From positions 128,001 through 192,000 of the forward strand of contig JBMNJG010000005.1 of the NCBI GenBank assembly GCA_050951545.1: a stretch of 64,000 bases of DNA. The letters run 5' to 3'. A program made the translations under genes and the position numbers. The notes below the pieces were generated by a model. The model was not told the origin of the DNA. It ran no database searches and saw only the letters and a program-made list of their open reading frames with translations. This stretch comes from Limnochordia bacterium. Its GTDB lineage: Bacteria > Bacillota > Limnochordia > DTU080. This document shows, one piece after another, positions 28,952 to 39,945 of the stretch; within the stretch, counting starts at the first letter, position 1, and each line of letters starts with the position of its first letter.

Positions 28952-30676
28952 CTAGGCGGTCGCCGGATGTGAGCGATGCAGCCCGGCATAAATGCCCCCT
29001 TTTTCGAGCAGCTGGTCATGCGTTCCCATCTCCTGCACTCTGCCATCCTCCATGACTACGATTCGATCGGCATCACGAATGGTAGAGAGCCGATGCGCAA
29101 TGACCACGGTCGTTCTTCCCTCCGAAAGCTTCTCCAGCGACTGCTGTATCTGGCGTTCTGTCACGTTATCCAACGCTGAAGTAGCCTCGTCGAGTATCAG
29201 AATAGGCGGGTTCTTGAGAAAGACGCGGGCAATAGAAATGCGTTGTTTTTGGCCACCCGACAGCTTGACTCCGTGTTCCCCGACATTCGAGTCGTAGCCA
29301 TCGGGTAGGGTATTAATGAACTCATCAATGCTGGCGTTTCTTGCGGCTTCCATCATCTGTTCTTCCGTAGCGTCGGGCCTACCATACATGATGTTTTCGC
29401 GGATAGTGCCACTAAAAAGGAAAACATCCTGCTGCACTAGCCCAATGCTCTCACGCAGGGCCTTCAGCCGAATATCCCTCACATCCGTACCGTCGAGTAG
29501 GATCTGACCCGAGGTCACATCGTAAAAACGCGGAATCAGGCGCGCCAAGGTAGTCTTCCCGCCACCCGACGAACCGACCAAGGCGACCGTTTCCCCGGGG
29601 TGAATGGAAAGGCTCACGTTATGAAGCACTTGCTCACTTGTCTCATACTCAAACGAGACGTCAACAATCTCGATGTGCCCCTCCACATGGGAGGGTACCT
29701 GAGCGTACGAGCGGTCCACGACTAGGGGCTTTTCGGCCATCAGCTCCACAAAACGCTCAAAACCAGTCATCCCCAACTCGTACTGCTGTACGAAGTTGGT
29801 CAGCTGCCGGATAGGCTGCAAGAAGTAGCTGACGAACATGAGGTAGGCGGTGAGATCAGCATAGTCGATAGTGCCATGGTGGACGTAGAGACCACCAGCT
29901 CCAAGCACCATGATGTTGAACATATTGGAGAGGAAATCGAGCCCTGAAGAGTACTCAGCCATCCGCCGAAAAGCTTGTTCCCGAGCGACGCGGAACGAGT
30001 TGTTCGCCGTCTGGAACCTACTGATCTCGAATTCCTCGTTCGTAAAGCTCTTGGCCTCCCGTACGCCCGCCAGGCTGTTCTCCAGATCGGCGTTGATCAA
30101 TGCTACCTCTTCGCGTTCGCGCCGAAAGGCTTCATTCATTCTCTTGCGCCGGGTCAGCGCAAACCACGCGAAAACAGGCACAAAGGCAAAGACGATCAAG
30201 GTCAACTGGGCGTTGATGTGCATCAAGTACGAAAAAGAGCCCACCAGCATCAGTGTGGCGAGGAAGATATCCTCAGGTCCATGGTGTGCCAGCTCAGAGA
30301 CATCACGCAGATCGTTGACAATGCGCGACATGAGGTAGCCAACCCGGGTACTATCAAAGAAACTGCAGTCAAGCGTCTGTAGATGTTTGAACAAATCCCG
30401 GCGCATAGCGAACTCCATGCGCACCCCCACGACATGGCCCCAGTAGTTGACCACGTATTGGAGAACTAACCGAACTAGATATAGCCCCATAAGAGCAAAT
30501 GACCATCGAATCATCAGCTCTATCTGTCCGTTGGGGATGAATTCCTTCATGAACCGACGGGTCATGATGGGAAACAGTAGACTCAAGCCAGCAATACCAG
30601 TAGCGCATACCATGTCTAGCAGAAACAACTTCCACGCATACCGGTAGTAGTAGACGAACTTCCTTACCTTCTCCAC
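28952..30676 (-). CDS. ABC exporter, fused permease/ATP-binding
   Basis: Multi-TM N-terminal half; GSSGGGKT, LSGGQKQR, ILDEATSALD. Confidence 0.95.
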   Translation of the reverse strand: MEKVRKFVYYYRYAWKLFLLDMVCATGIAGLSLLFPIMTRRFMKEFIPNGQIELMIRWSFALMGLYLVRLVLQYVVNYWGHVVGVRMEFAMRRDLFKHLQTLDCSFFDSTRVGYLMSRIVNDLRDVSELAHHGPEDIFLATLMLVGSFSYLMHINAQLTLIVFAFVPVFAWFALTRRKRMNEAFRREREEVALINADLENSLAGVREAKSFTNEEFEISRFQTANNSFRVAREQAFRRMAEYSSGLDFLSNMFNIMVLGAGGLYVHHGTIDYADLTAYLMFVSYFLQPIRQLTNFVQQYELGMTGFERFVELMAEKPLVVDRSYAQVPSHVEGHIEIVDVSFEYETSEQVLHNVSLSIHPGETVALVGSSGGGKTTLARLIPRFYDVTSGQILLDGTDVRDIRLKALRESIGLVQQDVFLFSGTIRENIMYGRPDATEEQMMEAARNASIDEFINTLPDGYDSNVGEHGVKLSGGQKQRISIARVFLKNPPILILDEATSALDNVTERQIQQSLEKLSEGRTTVVIAHRLSTIRDADRIVVMEDGRVQEMGTHDQLLEKGGIYAGLHRSHPATA

Positions 30677-30716
30677 AGCATCAAGCCCCTCCGAATTCTA
30701 TTTTCACAACCCGCCG

Positions 30717-32174
30717 TCAACGCACCGACGATCGTCTTCGCCAAGTCAACGGCAGAAAGAGAACCATCACAGCGAAGATCTCCAGACGGCCTACCAACAT
30801 GAGCACACTGAGTAGCACTTTCGCCGACGCTGGCAAGGCGGCGTAGTTACCATGCGGACCCACGATACCGAAGCCAGGCCCCACGTTCCCAAGGGTTGCT
30901 GCTACGGACGATGCTGCACTCAACGGCTCAAGACCATATCCAGCCATGGCCAGCATCCCCAGCAGGAAGACAATCAGATAGGCCGCGACAAACCCCAACG
31001 CAGAACTAACCACCCGCTCGTCAACCACCTCTCCATCAAGGGTAACGTAGCGCACCGCCCGAGGGTGAACTAGCCGCAGCAATTCCCTGTACACGTACTT
31101 CACCACAACAATTACCCGGACAACCTTGATCGCTCCTCCCGTTGAGCCAGCACTGCCCCCCACAAACATGAGTAGCAGCAACAGCAAGCGTGACAATGAG
31201 GGCCAGGTGGCAAAGTTCGCTGACGAAAAACCTGTAGTAGTCATGATAGACGCCACCTGAAAACTGCCGAGTCGAGCCGCCTTTACCAGGCCAACACCCA
31301 GCTGACTCCAGAGATTCAACGTTACCAAGAGACTGCCTATCAGCAAGATCCCCAGATAGACCAAGAACTCCTCACTGCGCAAGAAACTACGCCGCGACCC
31401 AGTCCTCAAGAACCGATAGTGAATCGCGAAATTGGTGCCAGCAAGCACCATGAAAACGAGGATCACCATCTCTATATAGGGGTTCTGAAAGCTCTCGACG
31501 CTGAGGTTGCGACTTGAGAAGCCTCCCGTACCCATGGTACTGAAAGCATGGACTGTGGCTTCGAACAGGCTCATGTTGCCGATGACAAGCAGCAGGGTCA
31601 GAATCAAGGTCAGCCCGGCGTACATCCCCCACAGCACCCTGGCAGTCTGGCGAATACGCGGTCTGAGGCGTTCCGAAACCAATCCGGGCACCTCTGCCTC
31701 AAACAGCTGGCGGCCACTCACCCCAAGTTTGGGCAATACGGCAACAGACAGAACAACAAAGCCCATACCGCCCAACCAATGCAGAAGACTTCGCCACAGG
31801 ATTGTGGCCCTGGGTACCCCTTCTACACCGGCAAAGACGGTTGCCCCGGCAGTGGTTATCCCAGACATAGCCTCGAAAACCCCATCAACGTAAGTGGGCA
31901 GACTCCCCGAAAGCCAGAAAGGCATCCCCCCCAGCAGTGCTACCAGCATCCAGCCGAGCGTGACAATGGCAAAGGCTTCCTTGTGCAGGACGTCATCATC
32001 TCTGCCATAGTGGCCCAGAACCACACCAGCAACAACAGCTACCGCCGCACTTACGGCAAACGGGATTGCATCGGGTTCCCGACAGACCAACGCAACAAGA
32101 AGGGGCACCAACATCGTCGCCCCTAGAAAGCGTAACAACGAACCCAAAACTTGACTGATGGCATGGATGTTCAT
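30717..32174 (-). CDS. trkH: Trk potassium uptake membrane protein
   Basis: FEAMSGITTAG, WLGGMG, TGGFS, TTTGF, GSTGGAIK, NVGPG. Confidence 0.95.
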   Translation of the reverse strand: MNIHAISQVLGSLLRFLGATMLVPLLVALVCREPDAIPFAVSAAVAVVAGVVLGHYGRDDDVLHKEAFAIVTLGWMLVALLGGMPFWLSGSLPTYVDGVFEAMSGITTAGATVFAGVEGVPRATILWRSLLHWLGGMGFVVLSVAVLPKLGVSGRQLFEAEVPGLVSERLRPRIRQTARVLWGMYAGLTLILTLLLVIGNMSLFEATVHAFSTMGTGGFSSRNLSVESFQNPYIEMVILVFMVLAGTNFAIHYRFLRTGSRRSFLRSEEFLVYLGILLIGSLLVTLNLWSQLGVGLVKAARLGSFQVASIMTTTGFSSANFATWPSLSRLLLLLLMFVGGSAGSTGGAIKVVRVIVVVKYVYRELLRLVHPRAVRYVTLDGEVVDERVVSSALGFVAAYLIVFLLGMLAMAGYGLEPLSAASSVAATLGNVGPGFGIVGPHGNYAALPASAKVLLSVLMLVGRLEIFAVMVLFLPLTWRRRSSVR

Positions 32175-33571
32175 GTACAGAAAGACCCCTCAAAACCTTG
32201 CTTTCGACTGTCGACATTCTTGCGTCCCTGGAAGAACACGGCCACATCGTCAACTGCATCCGCAGCCGAGAAGACAATCACCCGATCCCCTGAAAGGACG
32301 CGAGACTCGCCATTGGGAATGATCACATCGCCCGACCGGACAATGGCACCGACTAGCGCCTTCTTGGGGAAATCAACCTCACGCAGCCTGCGATTCGCAA
32401 TGCGACAGCCCTCGGTAACACAAAACTCCAGCGTCTCTGCACCACCCTGGAGAAGAGTCATGGAGATGATCTCGCATTCCCTAACCAGACGTAATACCGA
32501 ACTGACCATCAGCAAGCGAGGAACCACCACGGCATCAGCCCCGGCTTTCGTCGCCAACGGCGCATAATCCTCACGCGATATCTTCGTGATCACCTCCGAC
32601 ACCCCCAGCTCTTTCAACAGCATGGTTGCGAGAAGATTGGTGTGGTCTTCGCCAGCCACTGTCACGAAAGCGTCGAGGGTGGATGCGCCTTCATCGCGCA
32701 ACACATCGATCTTTGTGGCGTCACCGTGAATCACCAGCAGCTGCGGCAGGTGTTTTGCGAGCCTCTCCGCAACTGGCGCATCCTTCTCGAAGAGCGCAAC
32801 AGATAGACTGGGCCGTCTCTTAGAAACCAACATATCAACCAGGTACTGTCCAATCCGACTGCCACCTACGATACCTACAGTCTTGATCTGCTGAACAGGG
32901 GGTCCGATGAATGCCCGAATCTCACGAAAATCCTTGGTACGACCCACGATGAAAACCCGATCTTCGGCTCGCACAACGCTATCGCCTCTGGGGATCTCGA
33001 GCTCATCGCCCCTATCAACAGCAACCAAGAGACAGTCAGGCAGCGAGCACTCTGCTAGCGCACGCCCAACTATTGGTGACTGTTCGTCGACCTTTAGCCC
33101 CAACATGAAAACGCGGCCATCTGCAAAGTACTCGATATCGCTGGCCGCAGGAACTGCAAGGAGGCGCAGAATCTCCTGGGCAGCCAAGCGCTCCGGGTTG
33201 ATAATGAGATCGATACCCAGACGCTGTAGCGAAAGGCTGTGGGAAGTATCAACGGTGTATTCGGGGTTGCGAATCCGAGCTACGCAGACGGGTACCCCGT
33301 ACTGCTTCCCTGTCATGCAGGCGATCATGTTCACTTCGTCAACATCCGTTACTGCGACTAGAATGCCAGCCCGATCTGCACCAGCTTCATCCAACACCGC
33401 AGTGCTCGCCCCATTGCCGTAGAGCGTCATGATATCGAGACGTTCGCCTATTTCACGTAGGGCCTCTGCGTCTTTGTCTATGACAATGATATCGTGCCCT
33501 TCCCGCGAGAGCCTAAAGGCTATCTCGAAACCAACATCTCCGGCTCCAATGACAATGATCTTCAAACGCAA
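32171..33571 (-). CDS. trkA: Trk potassium uptake regulatory protein
   Basis: Two RCK units (IGAGDVG; IVGGSRIG), ~465 aa, coupled to trkH. Confidence 0.95.
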   Translation of the reverse strand: MRLKIIVIGAGDVGFEIAFRLSREGHDIIVIDKDAEALREIGERLDIMTLYGNGASTAVLDEAGADRAGILVAVTDVDEVNMIACMTGKQYGVPVCVARIRNPEYTVDTSHSLSLQRLGIDLIINPERLAAQEILRLLAVPAASDIEYFADGRVFMLGLKVDEQSPIVGRALAECSLPDCLLVAVDRGDELEIPRGDSVVRAEDRVFIVGRTKDFREIRAFIGPPVQQIKTVGIVGGSRIGQYLVDMLVSKRRPSLSVALFEKDAPVAERLAKHLPQLLVIHGDATKIDVLRDEGASTLDAFVTVAGEDHTNLLATMLLKELGVSEVITKISREDYAPLATKAGADAVVVPRLLMVSSVLRLVRECEIISMTLLQGGAETLEFCVTEGCRIANRRLREVDFPKKALVGAIVRSGDVIIPNGESRVLSGDRVIVFSAADAVDDVAVFFQGRKNVDSRKQGFEGSFCT

Positions 33572-33770
33572 GCTCCTTTAGTAATCGCATAGTCCATAGC
33601 GTTCGTCGCGGCCGCTCAAGCTCCTGTAAGCTACTTCTATGTAGGTCCAGGGATTCGCTGACGGAAGCCTATCTGCTATACTAATAAGGTGGCAAGAGCA
33701 TAATCTATGTAGCTTCGGCCGTATGGCCTGAGTGTGGTTCGCAGAGGATTTTCAAAGGGAGTTGCCGCTT

Positions 33771-35447
33771 ATGAGTGAGCCAACCGCCAAACCATCCCAT
33801 TTCATCCAGGACATTGTCGATGAGGATATGAGAACGAATCGCTATGGCGGACGGGTACATACACGTTTTCCGCCGGAGCCTAATGGCTACTTACACATTG
33901 GTCATGCCAAGGCCATCTGCCTGGATTTCGGTGTGGCCGCTGCCAACGACGGCCTGTGCAACCTACGCTTCGACGATACAAACCCCATCAAGGAAGAGGA
34001 GGAGTATGTGCAGTCGATTATTGAGGATGTGCGCTGGCTCGGCTTCGATTGGGGTGACCGTCTCTACTATGCCTCGGATTACTTCGAGCAGATGTATGAG
34101 TACGCGTTAGTGCTGATCAGAAAAGGATTAGCCTATGTGTGCGACCTGTGCCCGGATGAGATACGTGAGTATCGGGGCACGCTTACCGAACCGGGACGCA
34201 ATAGCCCGTATCGTGAGCGGTCTGTCGAGGAGAACCTTGATCTGTTCCAGCGCATGCGAGCCGGCGAGTTCCCTGACGGCAGCCGCGTCCTGAGAGCCAA
34301 GATTGACATGGCCTCACCCAACATTAACATGCGAGATCCGGTGATATATCGTATCTTGCGAGCCACTCACCACCGTACCGGTGACGACTGGTGCATCTAT
34401 CCTATGTACGATTACGCTCACCCGATATCGGACGCCCTAGAGGGCATCACACACTCACTGTGCACACTTGAGTTTGAAGACCACCGTCCTCTCTACGACT
34501 GGTTTCTTGAGATGCTGGAGTTCCCTTCACCGCCTCAGCAGATCGAGTTCGCTCGTCTGTTTCTAAGCCATACCCTCACGAGTAAACGCAAGTTACGACA
34601 GCTTATTGAGTCAGGCTATGTCGAGGGTTGGGACGATCCTCGCATGCCCACGCTCTCCGGCGTACGCAGGCGTGGTTATACACCCGAAGCCATTCACGAC
34701 CTGTGCAACCGGGTTGGCGTGGCCAAGAACAACAGCGTCATCGATCTCGCTATTCTTGAACAGTGTATTCGTGAGGATCTCAATAAGCGAGCTCAAAGAG
34801 TCATGGCTGTCCTCAGGCCCCTAAGGGTAGTCATTACCAACTATCCCGAGGGCCAAACTGAGGAACTGGACACTGAGAACAATCCCGAGGACCCGGATGC
34901 CGGGACCCGCACTATCCCGTTCTCGCGTGTGATCTATATTGAGCACGAGGATTTCATGGAGGATCCGCCCCGCAAATTCTACCGCCTAGCCCCAGGGCGT
35001 GAGGTCCGATTGAAGAGCGCCTACATTATCAAGTGTGAGGAAGTCATCAAGGACCCAGAGACTGGCGAGATCATCGAGCTGCGCTGCACTTACGATCCCG
35101 AAAGCCGCAGCGGTAGCGTCTCTGGCGGACGCAGAGTGCGCAGCACTGTACATTGGGTCTCAGCAGCTCACGCGCTTAAGGCCGAGGTGCACATGTATAG
35201 CCCCCTCTTTCTGACACGCGATCCTGAGGAAGGCGGCGATTTCCTGGCCAACCTCAATCCTCACTCTCTCGAGGTCATCACAGGTTGCCTCGTGGAGCCG
35301 AGCCTGGCCACAGCAGGTCCGGGCGATCGCTTTCAGTTCTTGAGACAAGGCTACTTCTGCATTGATACCAGTGCCCGAGAAGGGCAGCTGCTGTTTAACC
35401 GCATTGTCTCACTGCGAGACACCTGGGCTAAGGTAAGCCGCCAGTAA
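33771..35447 (+). CDS. glnS: Glutaminyl-tRNA synthetase
   Basis: [53 protein letters not shown]; ATG 33771 preferred. Confidence 0.96.
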   Translation: MSEPTAKPSHFIQDIVDEDMRTNRYGGRVHTRFPPEPNGYLHIGHAKAICLDFGVAAANDGLCNLRFDDTNPIKEEEEYVQSIIEDVRWLGFDWGDRLYYASDYFEQMYEYALVLIRKGLAYVCDLCPDEIREYRGTLTEPGRNSPYRERSVEENLDLFQRMRAGEFPDGSRVLRAKIDMASPNINMRDPVIYRILRATHHRTGDDWCIYPMYDYAHPISDALEGITHSLCTLEFEDHRPLYDWFLEMLEFPSPPQQIEFARLFLSHTLTSKRKLRQLIESGYVEGWDDPRMPTLSGVRRRGYTPEAIHDLCNRVGVAKNNSVIDLAILEQCIREDLNKRAQRVMAVLRPLRVVITNYPEGQTEELDTENNPEDPDAGTRTIPFSRVIYIEHEDFMEDPPRKFYRLAPGREVRLKSAYIIKCEEVIKDPETGEIIELRCTYDPESRSGSVSGGRRVRSTVHWVSAAHALKAEVHMYSPLFLTRDPEEGGDFLANLNPHSLEVITGCLVEPSLATAGPGDRFQFLRQGYFCIDTSAREGQLLFNRIVSLRDTWAKVSRQ

Positions 35448-35498
35448 GTGGAAAGGTCCAGGCACCCATCCGGGGAGCCTGGACCACCTAGCTGAAGG

Positions 35499-36272
35499 CT
35501 ACAGATGACGATAGCGACCTCTTGTGCGAGGTTCCGGAATGCCTCTGTCTTGATCAGCCTCTTTGCCATGCCCTGTCTCTACGTTGGCACTAATCCAGGT
35601 GGCCACTTTCTTTTGCTGCGAGCGCAACCGAGCCGCGGCCTCGATGGCGATGGCGTTCACAATAGCGGCTCCCGTGATAGTACTCAAAGGTCCCATACGG
35701 CAACCCGCATCATCCACGTCCACAAGAGCATCACCGTAGGGCGCACCGTTATCGATCAGAATGTCGACCACTTCAAACAGACGTTTCCCGGACGGGTCAC
35801 GCGAGACAACCTGCGTAGAGTGCGCGAGTGAAGTAATCCCGATCGTAGTGATCTTGCGTTCCTGGGCCACACGAGCCATCTCTACTGGCAGAGCGTTACG
35901 TCCCGAGTTGGAGGCAATCATCAAGACATCCTGGGATGTGATCCCCCGATGGTCCATGAGAGTCCTCGCATAACCTGGCAGACGCTCAAGATAAGAGCTT
36001 TGCAGTGCCGACTCGTGCAACATCAGACCGCTCTCCAAGATGGGGACTACCGATACCAACCCTCCGGCCCGATAGAAAGCCTCTTCAGCAAGCATATGCG
36101 AGTGACCAGTACCAAAAAGATACCAGAGTCCCCCGTCTGCCATGGCCTGGGCCACTGCTACCCCCGCCTCGGCAATAGCTTCCTGTTGCGTCCTCGCCAA
36201 CCACTCCAGCCGTTCGTTTACCTTCTGGAGGTACGCTTGGGTGTTTCGCGATAGAGGATTTGTGTAGGTCAT
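35499..36272 (-). CDS. Single SIS-domain sugar-phosphate isomerase-like protein
   Basis: FGTGHSH..AEE.FYRAGGL, SNSGRN, DNGAPYGDA. Confidence 0.9.
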   Translation of the reverse strand: MTYTNPLSRNTQAYLQKVNERLEWLARTQQEAIAEAGVAVAQAMADGGLWYLFGTGHSHMLAEEAFYRAGGLVSVVPILESGLMLHESALQSSYLERLPGYARTLMDHRGITSQDVLMIASNSGRNALPVEMARVAQERKITTIGITSLAHSTQVVSRDPSGKRLFEVVDILIDNGAPYGDALVDVDDAGCRMGPLSTITGAAIVNAIAIEAAARLRSQQKKVATWISANVETGHGKEADQDRGIPEPRTRGRYRHL

Positions 36273-36277
36273 GCCGC

Positions 36278-37315
36278 TTATCGAGCCCCCTTCTCTCCTG
36301 GCCCGAGACCAGGCATACGCGATCGGAGCTTGGCCACGACTGACTCGGGCACCTCAAGCCCCCAGAGTGTTGCTGACGATGCCTTTGCCGCCTGTCCGAG
36401 TCTCCACGCATGCAGGGCAGCCCCAGCCACAGGAGCTAAGACAGGCTCATGCACCTCGGCTCGGATCCTGCGCCGAGCAATGTCGTCCGTGAAGCAACGC
36501 CGGAGAGTATCCGAACGGAAAACACCGCCAGAGAATGAGATGCGGACCTTGGGCCAGTCCAGACAGCCCAGACGGCGAGCGACCGCTTCCACCGCCCCTG
36601 CGAGCTCCTCGGCGGCTTTCTCGAGCAGTCCCTTGGCTGTAGGGTCACCCAGCGCTGCCGCCACTTCGATCGCTGGCGCAAGCTGAGCAATGTCGCTGGG
36701 CGCACGCTCCTCCATATAGACCCAGTCACGCACTGCATAGCAATCAGGCAGCTCGAGCTTACTCAACACAGCGGTTGTCAGCGCGGTGAGAGGTCCGCGT
36801 CCGTCCTCCGCCTTGCATACGGCACGCAAGGCTTCCTTTCCGAGCCAATACGCGCTGCCTTCATCCCCTATTCGCCAACCCCAACCACTAGCCCCGGCAC
36901 GACGTCCGGCTGCGTCACGTCCATAGGCGATGGCCCCTGTACCAGCCGTGACCACAATGCCCGCCTGCCCTCCCAGAGCTCCCTCCAGCGCCATGACAGC
37001 ATCACTATCGAAGACGATCGGTAGTGACCATACGGACTCCGGCAGAAGCCGCCGTGCGGTCCCCAGATCGCCAGGCTCCTCCAGGCCGCTGCTACCAAAG
37101 GCGACAGCGCTTGGCTGTAGACGCTGTTCCTGCAGCGCCTCTTCTACTGCTTCAGCAATCGAGGCGCGGGCGACGACTTCGCCGAGAGAGACATGGTTGG
37201 CTGCTCCACCTCTACCTATGCCGAGCACGTCACCGGCCCCAGAGATAGCTATGGCTAGGGTATGCGTACCGCCCGCGTCAATTCCCAGATAGACTTGTTC
37301 TGATTCTCGTGTCAT
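36278..37315 (-). CDS. BadF/BadG/BcrA/BcrD ATPase family sugar kinase (GlcNAc-kinase-like)
   Basis: GIDAGGT, AGTGAIA, GWGWRIGDEGS, SGGVF. Confidence 0.9.
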   Translation of the reverse strand: MTRESEQVYLGIDAGGTHTLAIAISGAGDVLGIGRGGAANHVSLGEVVARASIAEAVEEALQEQRLQPSAVAFGSSGLEEPGDLGTARRLLPESVWSLPIVFDSDAVMALEGALGGQAGIVVTAGTGAIAYGRDAAGRRAGASGWGWRIGDEGSAYWLGKEALRAVCKAEDGRGPLTALTTAVLSKLELPDCYAVRDWVYMEERAPSDIAQLAPAIEVAAALGDPTAKGLLEKAAEELAGAVEAVARRLGCLDWPKVRISFSGGVFRSDTLRRCFTDDIARRRIRAEVHEPVLAPVAGAALHAWRLGQAAKASSATLWGLEVPESVVAKLRSRMPGLGPGEKGAR

Positions 37316-37355
37316 GCTGGATTATCCCTTCGCCAATCAGTTGGCATTGCTAGAC

Positions 37356-38621
37356 TCAGTCAGATAGCCCGGCGTAGCCCATGCCTCGCCGCGAACGCCG
37401 ACCCACGAGTTGCTCGCGTCCTTCCCACAGTTTGGCCACCGCGGTCACGATGTCATCCATATCTTCCTTAGTTCCCAGAAGTATCGATTGGGTCAGCCAC
37501 ACAGCCTCCGAACTCGCCTTCTCTGTTACGGACAAGAACAGCTGCTGGTAGTCAACGCGTGCCAACTGATCGCCAATCCCCTCCCATGCAGCCGGACACG
37601 ACTGCCCAAAGGGGATAAACGCTGGATCACGGTATAGCGGCAGGTAGCCACGCGAACACGGAATCCCTTCGGCGGACAATGCCTCGAGGAAGACATTCAG
37701 CGGGATACCCCATACCGATGCGTCAAAGCGGAAGACAAACAAGTGATATGCGTGACGTGTAGTACGCTCGTCTCGCTTCAGCGGACGAATGCCTTCGATC
37801 TCGCTTAACTTCTCGGCCAAGTAGATCCCGTTTTCGTTACGCAGGCGAGTCTGCTCATCGAGTCGCTTCATCTGAGATAGCAGAAGTGCTGCCTGCATCT
37901 CAGTCATCCGCAGATTGTAGCCAAGAACCCTACGGGCACCCGACCCGCCTTCCCAACGACCGCAGTTGCGATAGGCCAGGCACATATTCGCCAACAGCTC
38001 GTTGCAGGAGACGATCATGCCTCCTTCTCCGGAGGCTAGGTTCTTGGACGCCTGGAAAGAAAACGTCCCCAGATCGCCATAGGATCCGACGCCGCGCCCT
38101 TTCCACTGTGCTCCGTGTGCTTGAGCCGCGTCTTCGAGCAGTGCCAGTTTGTGCCGCTTGGCGATCTCACCCAAGCGATCGAGATCCGCTGGATGTCCCG
38201 CCACGTGAACAGGTACGATGCACGCTGTACGAGGTGTGATTGCAGCCTCCGCTGCCTCCGGATCCATGCAGTAGGTATCGGGATCGATATCTACCATAAC
38301 AGGCACAGCACCAGCCTGCAGAACCGAGGAGGCAGTGGCGATAAACGTATAGGCAGGGATGAGCACCTCATCACCCGGACCCACACCCAGCGCAATCAAA
38401 GCGAGTAACAAGCTTACAGTGCCATTGCATGTAACCACACCGTAAGGCGCATCTTGATAGGCTGCAAACCGTTTCTCGAACTCGGAGATATTCCTGCCCC
38501 CAAGTCCCCAGATACCGCTGCGAATAACGTCAGCAACTGCCTGCGCATCGCTTTCGTCATGAATAGGCCAACTTGGGAACCGCTTCTGCCGTACGGGAGT
38601 TCCTCCTGTAAGTGCCAGCAT
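37356..38621 (-). CDS. DegT/DnrJ/EryC1/StrS aminotransferase (RifK/aminocyclitol-aminotransferase-like)
   Basis: FPSWP, NGT, EDAAQAHGA, FSFQASKN...GEGG, NLRMTEMQAA; ATG 38621. Confidence 0.9.
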   Translation of the reverse strand: MLALTGGTPVRQKRFPSWPIHDESDAQAVADVIRSGIWGLGGRNISEFEKRFAAYQDAPYGVVTCNGTVSLLLALIALGVGPGDEVLIPAYTFIATASSVLQAGAVPVMVDIDPDTYCMDPEAAEAAITPRTACIVPVHVAGHPADLDRLGEIAKRHKLALLEDAAQAHGAQWKGRGVGSYGDLGTFSFQASKNLASGEGGMIVSCNELLANMCLAYRNCGRWEGGSGARRVLGYNLRMTEMQAALLLSQMKRLDEQTRLRNENGIYLAEKLSEIEGIRPLKRDERTTRHAYHLFVFRFDASVWGIPLNVFLEALSAEGIPCSRGYLPLYRDPAFIPFGQSCPAAWEGIGDQLARVDYQQLFLSVTEKASSEAVWLTQSILLGTKEDMDDIVTAVAKLWEGREQLVGRRSRRGMGYAGLSD

Positions 38622-38746
38622 CTCAGTGTCGCCTCCCTTAGGACTGTTAATATAGTATACTAACAGTGGTTCGGTTCGACACCTCCTCACCATTCTCCTT
38701 CGCGAAAAATGACCTTGTCAGTCTTTTGCTGATCTTTTTTTCAGCC

Positions 38747-39943
38747 TCAGCCAAGGGAGTTGGAGTAGGGCGTGAGCCCTTCTAGAATGACTGGCAACAG
38801 CAGACCCGCGGTACCAGAAACACCCGTATGTGCGTGCATGCCCGCCAAGCGTAGTTCCGCTTGGCTTGCAGCTGGCTCGAGCGACCTCTGGTGAAGGCTT
38901 TTGCGCAATAGAGGGTAGAAGACCCCGGGGTAGGCCGCTATCTCTCCGCCTACAAGAATCAGATCGGGATTCAGCAGGTTGACCAAAGCGGCCAAGCCCA
39001 TGCTTAGGTGATCGGCCATCTCTTGACACGCCTGTCGTGCGCAGACATCGCCCTCTTGGGCACCCTTAGCGACATCCTCAGGCGAAGTGCCCCTAAACCC
39101 CAGCTCTTGAGCCCGGCGGAGCAAAGCTGGCCAAGAGGCCACAGTCTCCAGACAGCCACGGCGTCCGCAGGCACATAGTCGTCCATCGGCCATCACAGGA
39201 ATGTGACCTATCTCTCCTACCAAGCCTGACGTACCGCGGTAGATATCGCCATTGAGGAAAAGCCCAGCCCCCACACCCGTACCGATGTAGCAATAGACCA
39301 CGTTGCGCCCGCTCCAATCGGCCTGGTCCCGATCTTGCTCAGCCACGAGTCGCACATTCACATCGCCGTCTATGCGCACGGGGAGCCGATAGCGCAGCTC
39401 CAGCTCGGCCTGCAGAGGTAGGTTGACTACATCAAATACCGTAGATTTGTGCACGATGCCGCGTTCGCTGTCCACAAGCCCCGAAATCGCTACGCCAATG
39501 CCCCCGACCTGCAACCCCCTGCGCTTGGCTAGGGCTAACAACTGGTCTATCTCCGGACAGACGGTCCCTAACAGATCCGTTGTGCCTACGGTAGAACCAT
39601 AGATTGGCTCGCCATACAGCTCGCCCTTCAGGTCAACGAGCCCAGCCTCAAAGCGCACGTCACTAAGGTCGATGCCCACGACATAGCGAAAATCGCGCTT
39701 GAATTTCAGCAGGCGCGGCTTTGGCCCTGTCTGAGCCTCACCAGCGCCTGCCGCGACCACTACGCCCATCGCCTCGAACTCGCGAATGAGGATGGAGACG
39801 GTCGCCTTGCTTAGCCGTGTCCGAGTTACGACATCTGAACGCGAAAGAGGCCCGTGATCCCTAATAAGCTTCAATATAGTGACGCTGTTATGCTCCCTGA
39901 TGTCGCGCTGCTTGCGACCTCGAAACGGGTTTGCCCCTCTCAT
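38747..39943 (-). CDS. ROK family transcriptional repressor (NagC/XylR-like)
   Basis: N-terminal HTH (SRSDVVTRTRLSKATVS), GTGVGAG, GEIGH, CACGRRGCLE. Confidence 0.93.
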   Translation of the reverse strand: MRGANPFRGRKQRDIREHNSVTILKLIRDHGPLSRSDVVTRTRLSKATVSILIREFEAMGVVVAAGAGEAQTGPKPRLLKFKRDFRYVVGIDLSDVRFEAGLVDLKGELYGEPIYGSTVGTTDLLGTVCPEIDQLLALAKRRGLQVGGIGVAISGLVDSERGIVHKSTVFDVVNLPLQAELELRYRLPVRIDGDVNVRLVAEQDRDQADWSGRNVVYCYIGTGVGAGLFLNGDIYRGTSGLVGEIGHIPVMADGRLCACGRRGCLETVASWPALLRRAQELGFRGTSPEDVAKGAQEGDVCARQACQEMADHLSMGLAALVNLLNPDLILVGGEIAAYPGVFYPLLRKSLHQRSLEPAASQAELRLAGMHAHTGVSGTAGLLLPVILEGLTPYSNSLG

Positions 39944-39945
39944 GC

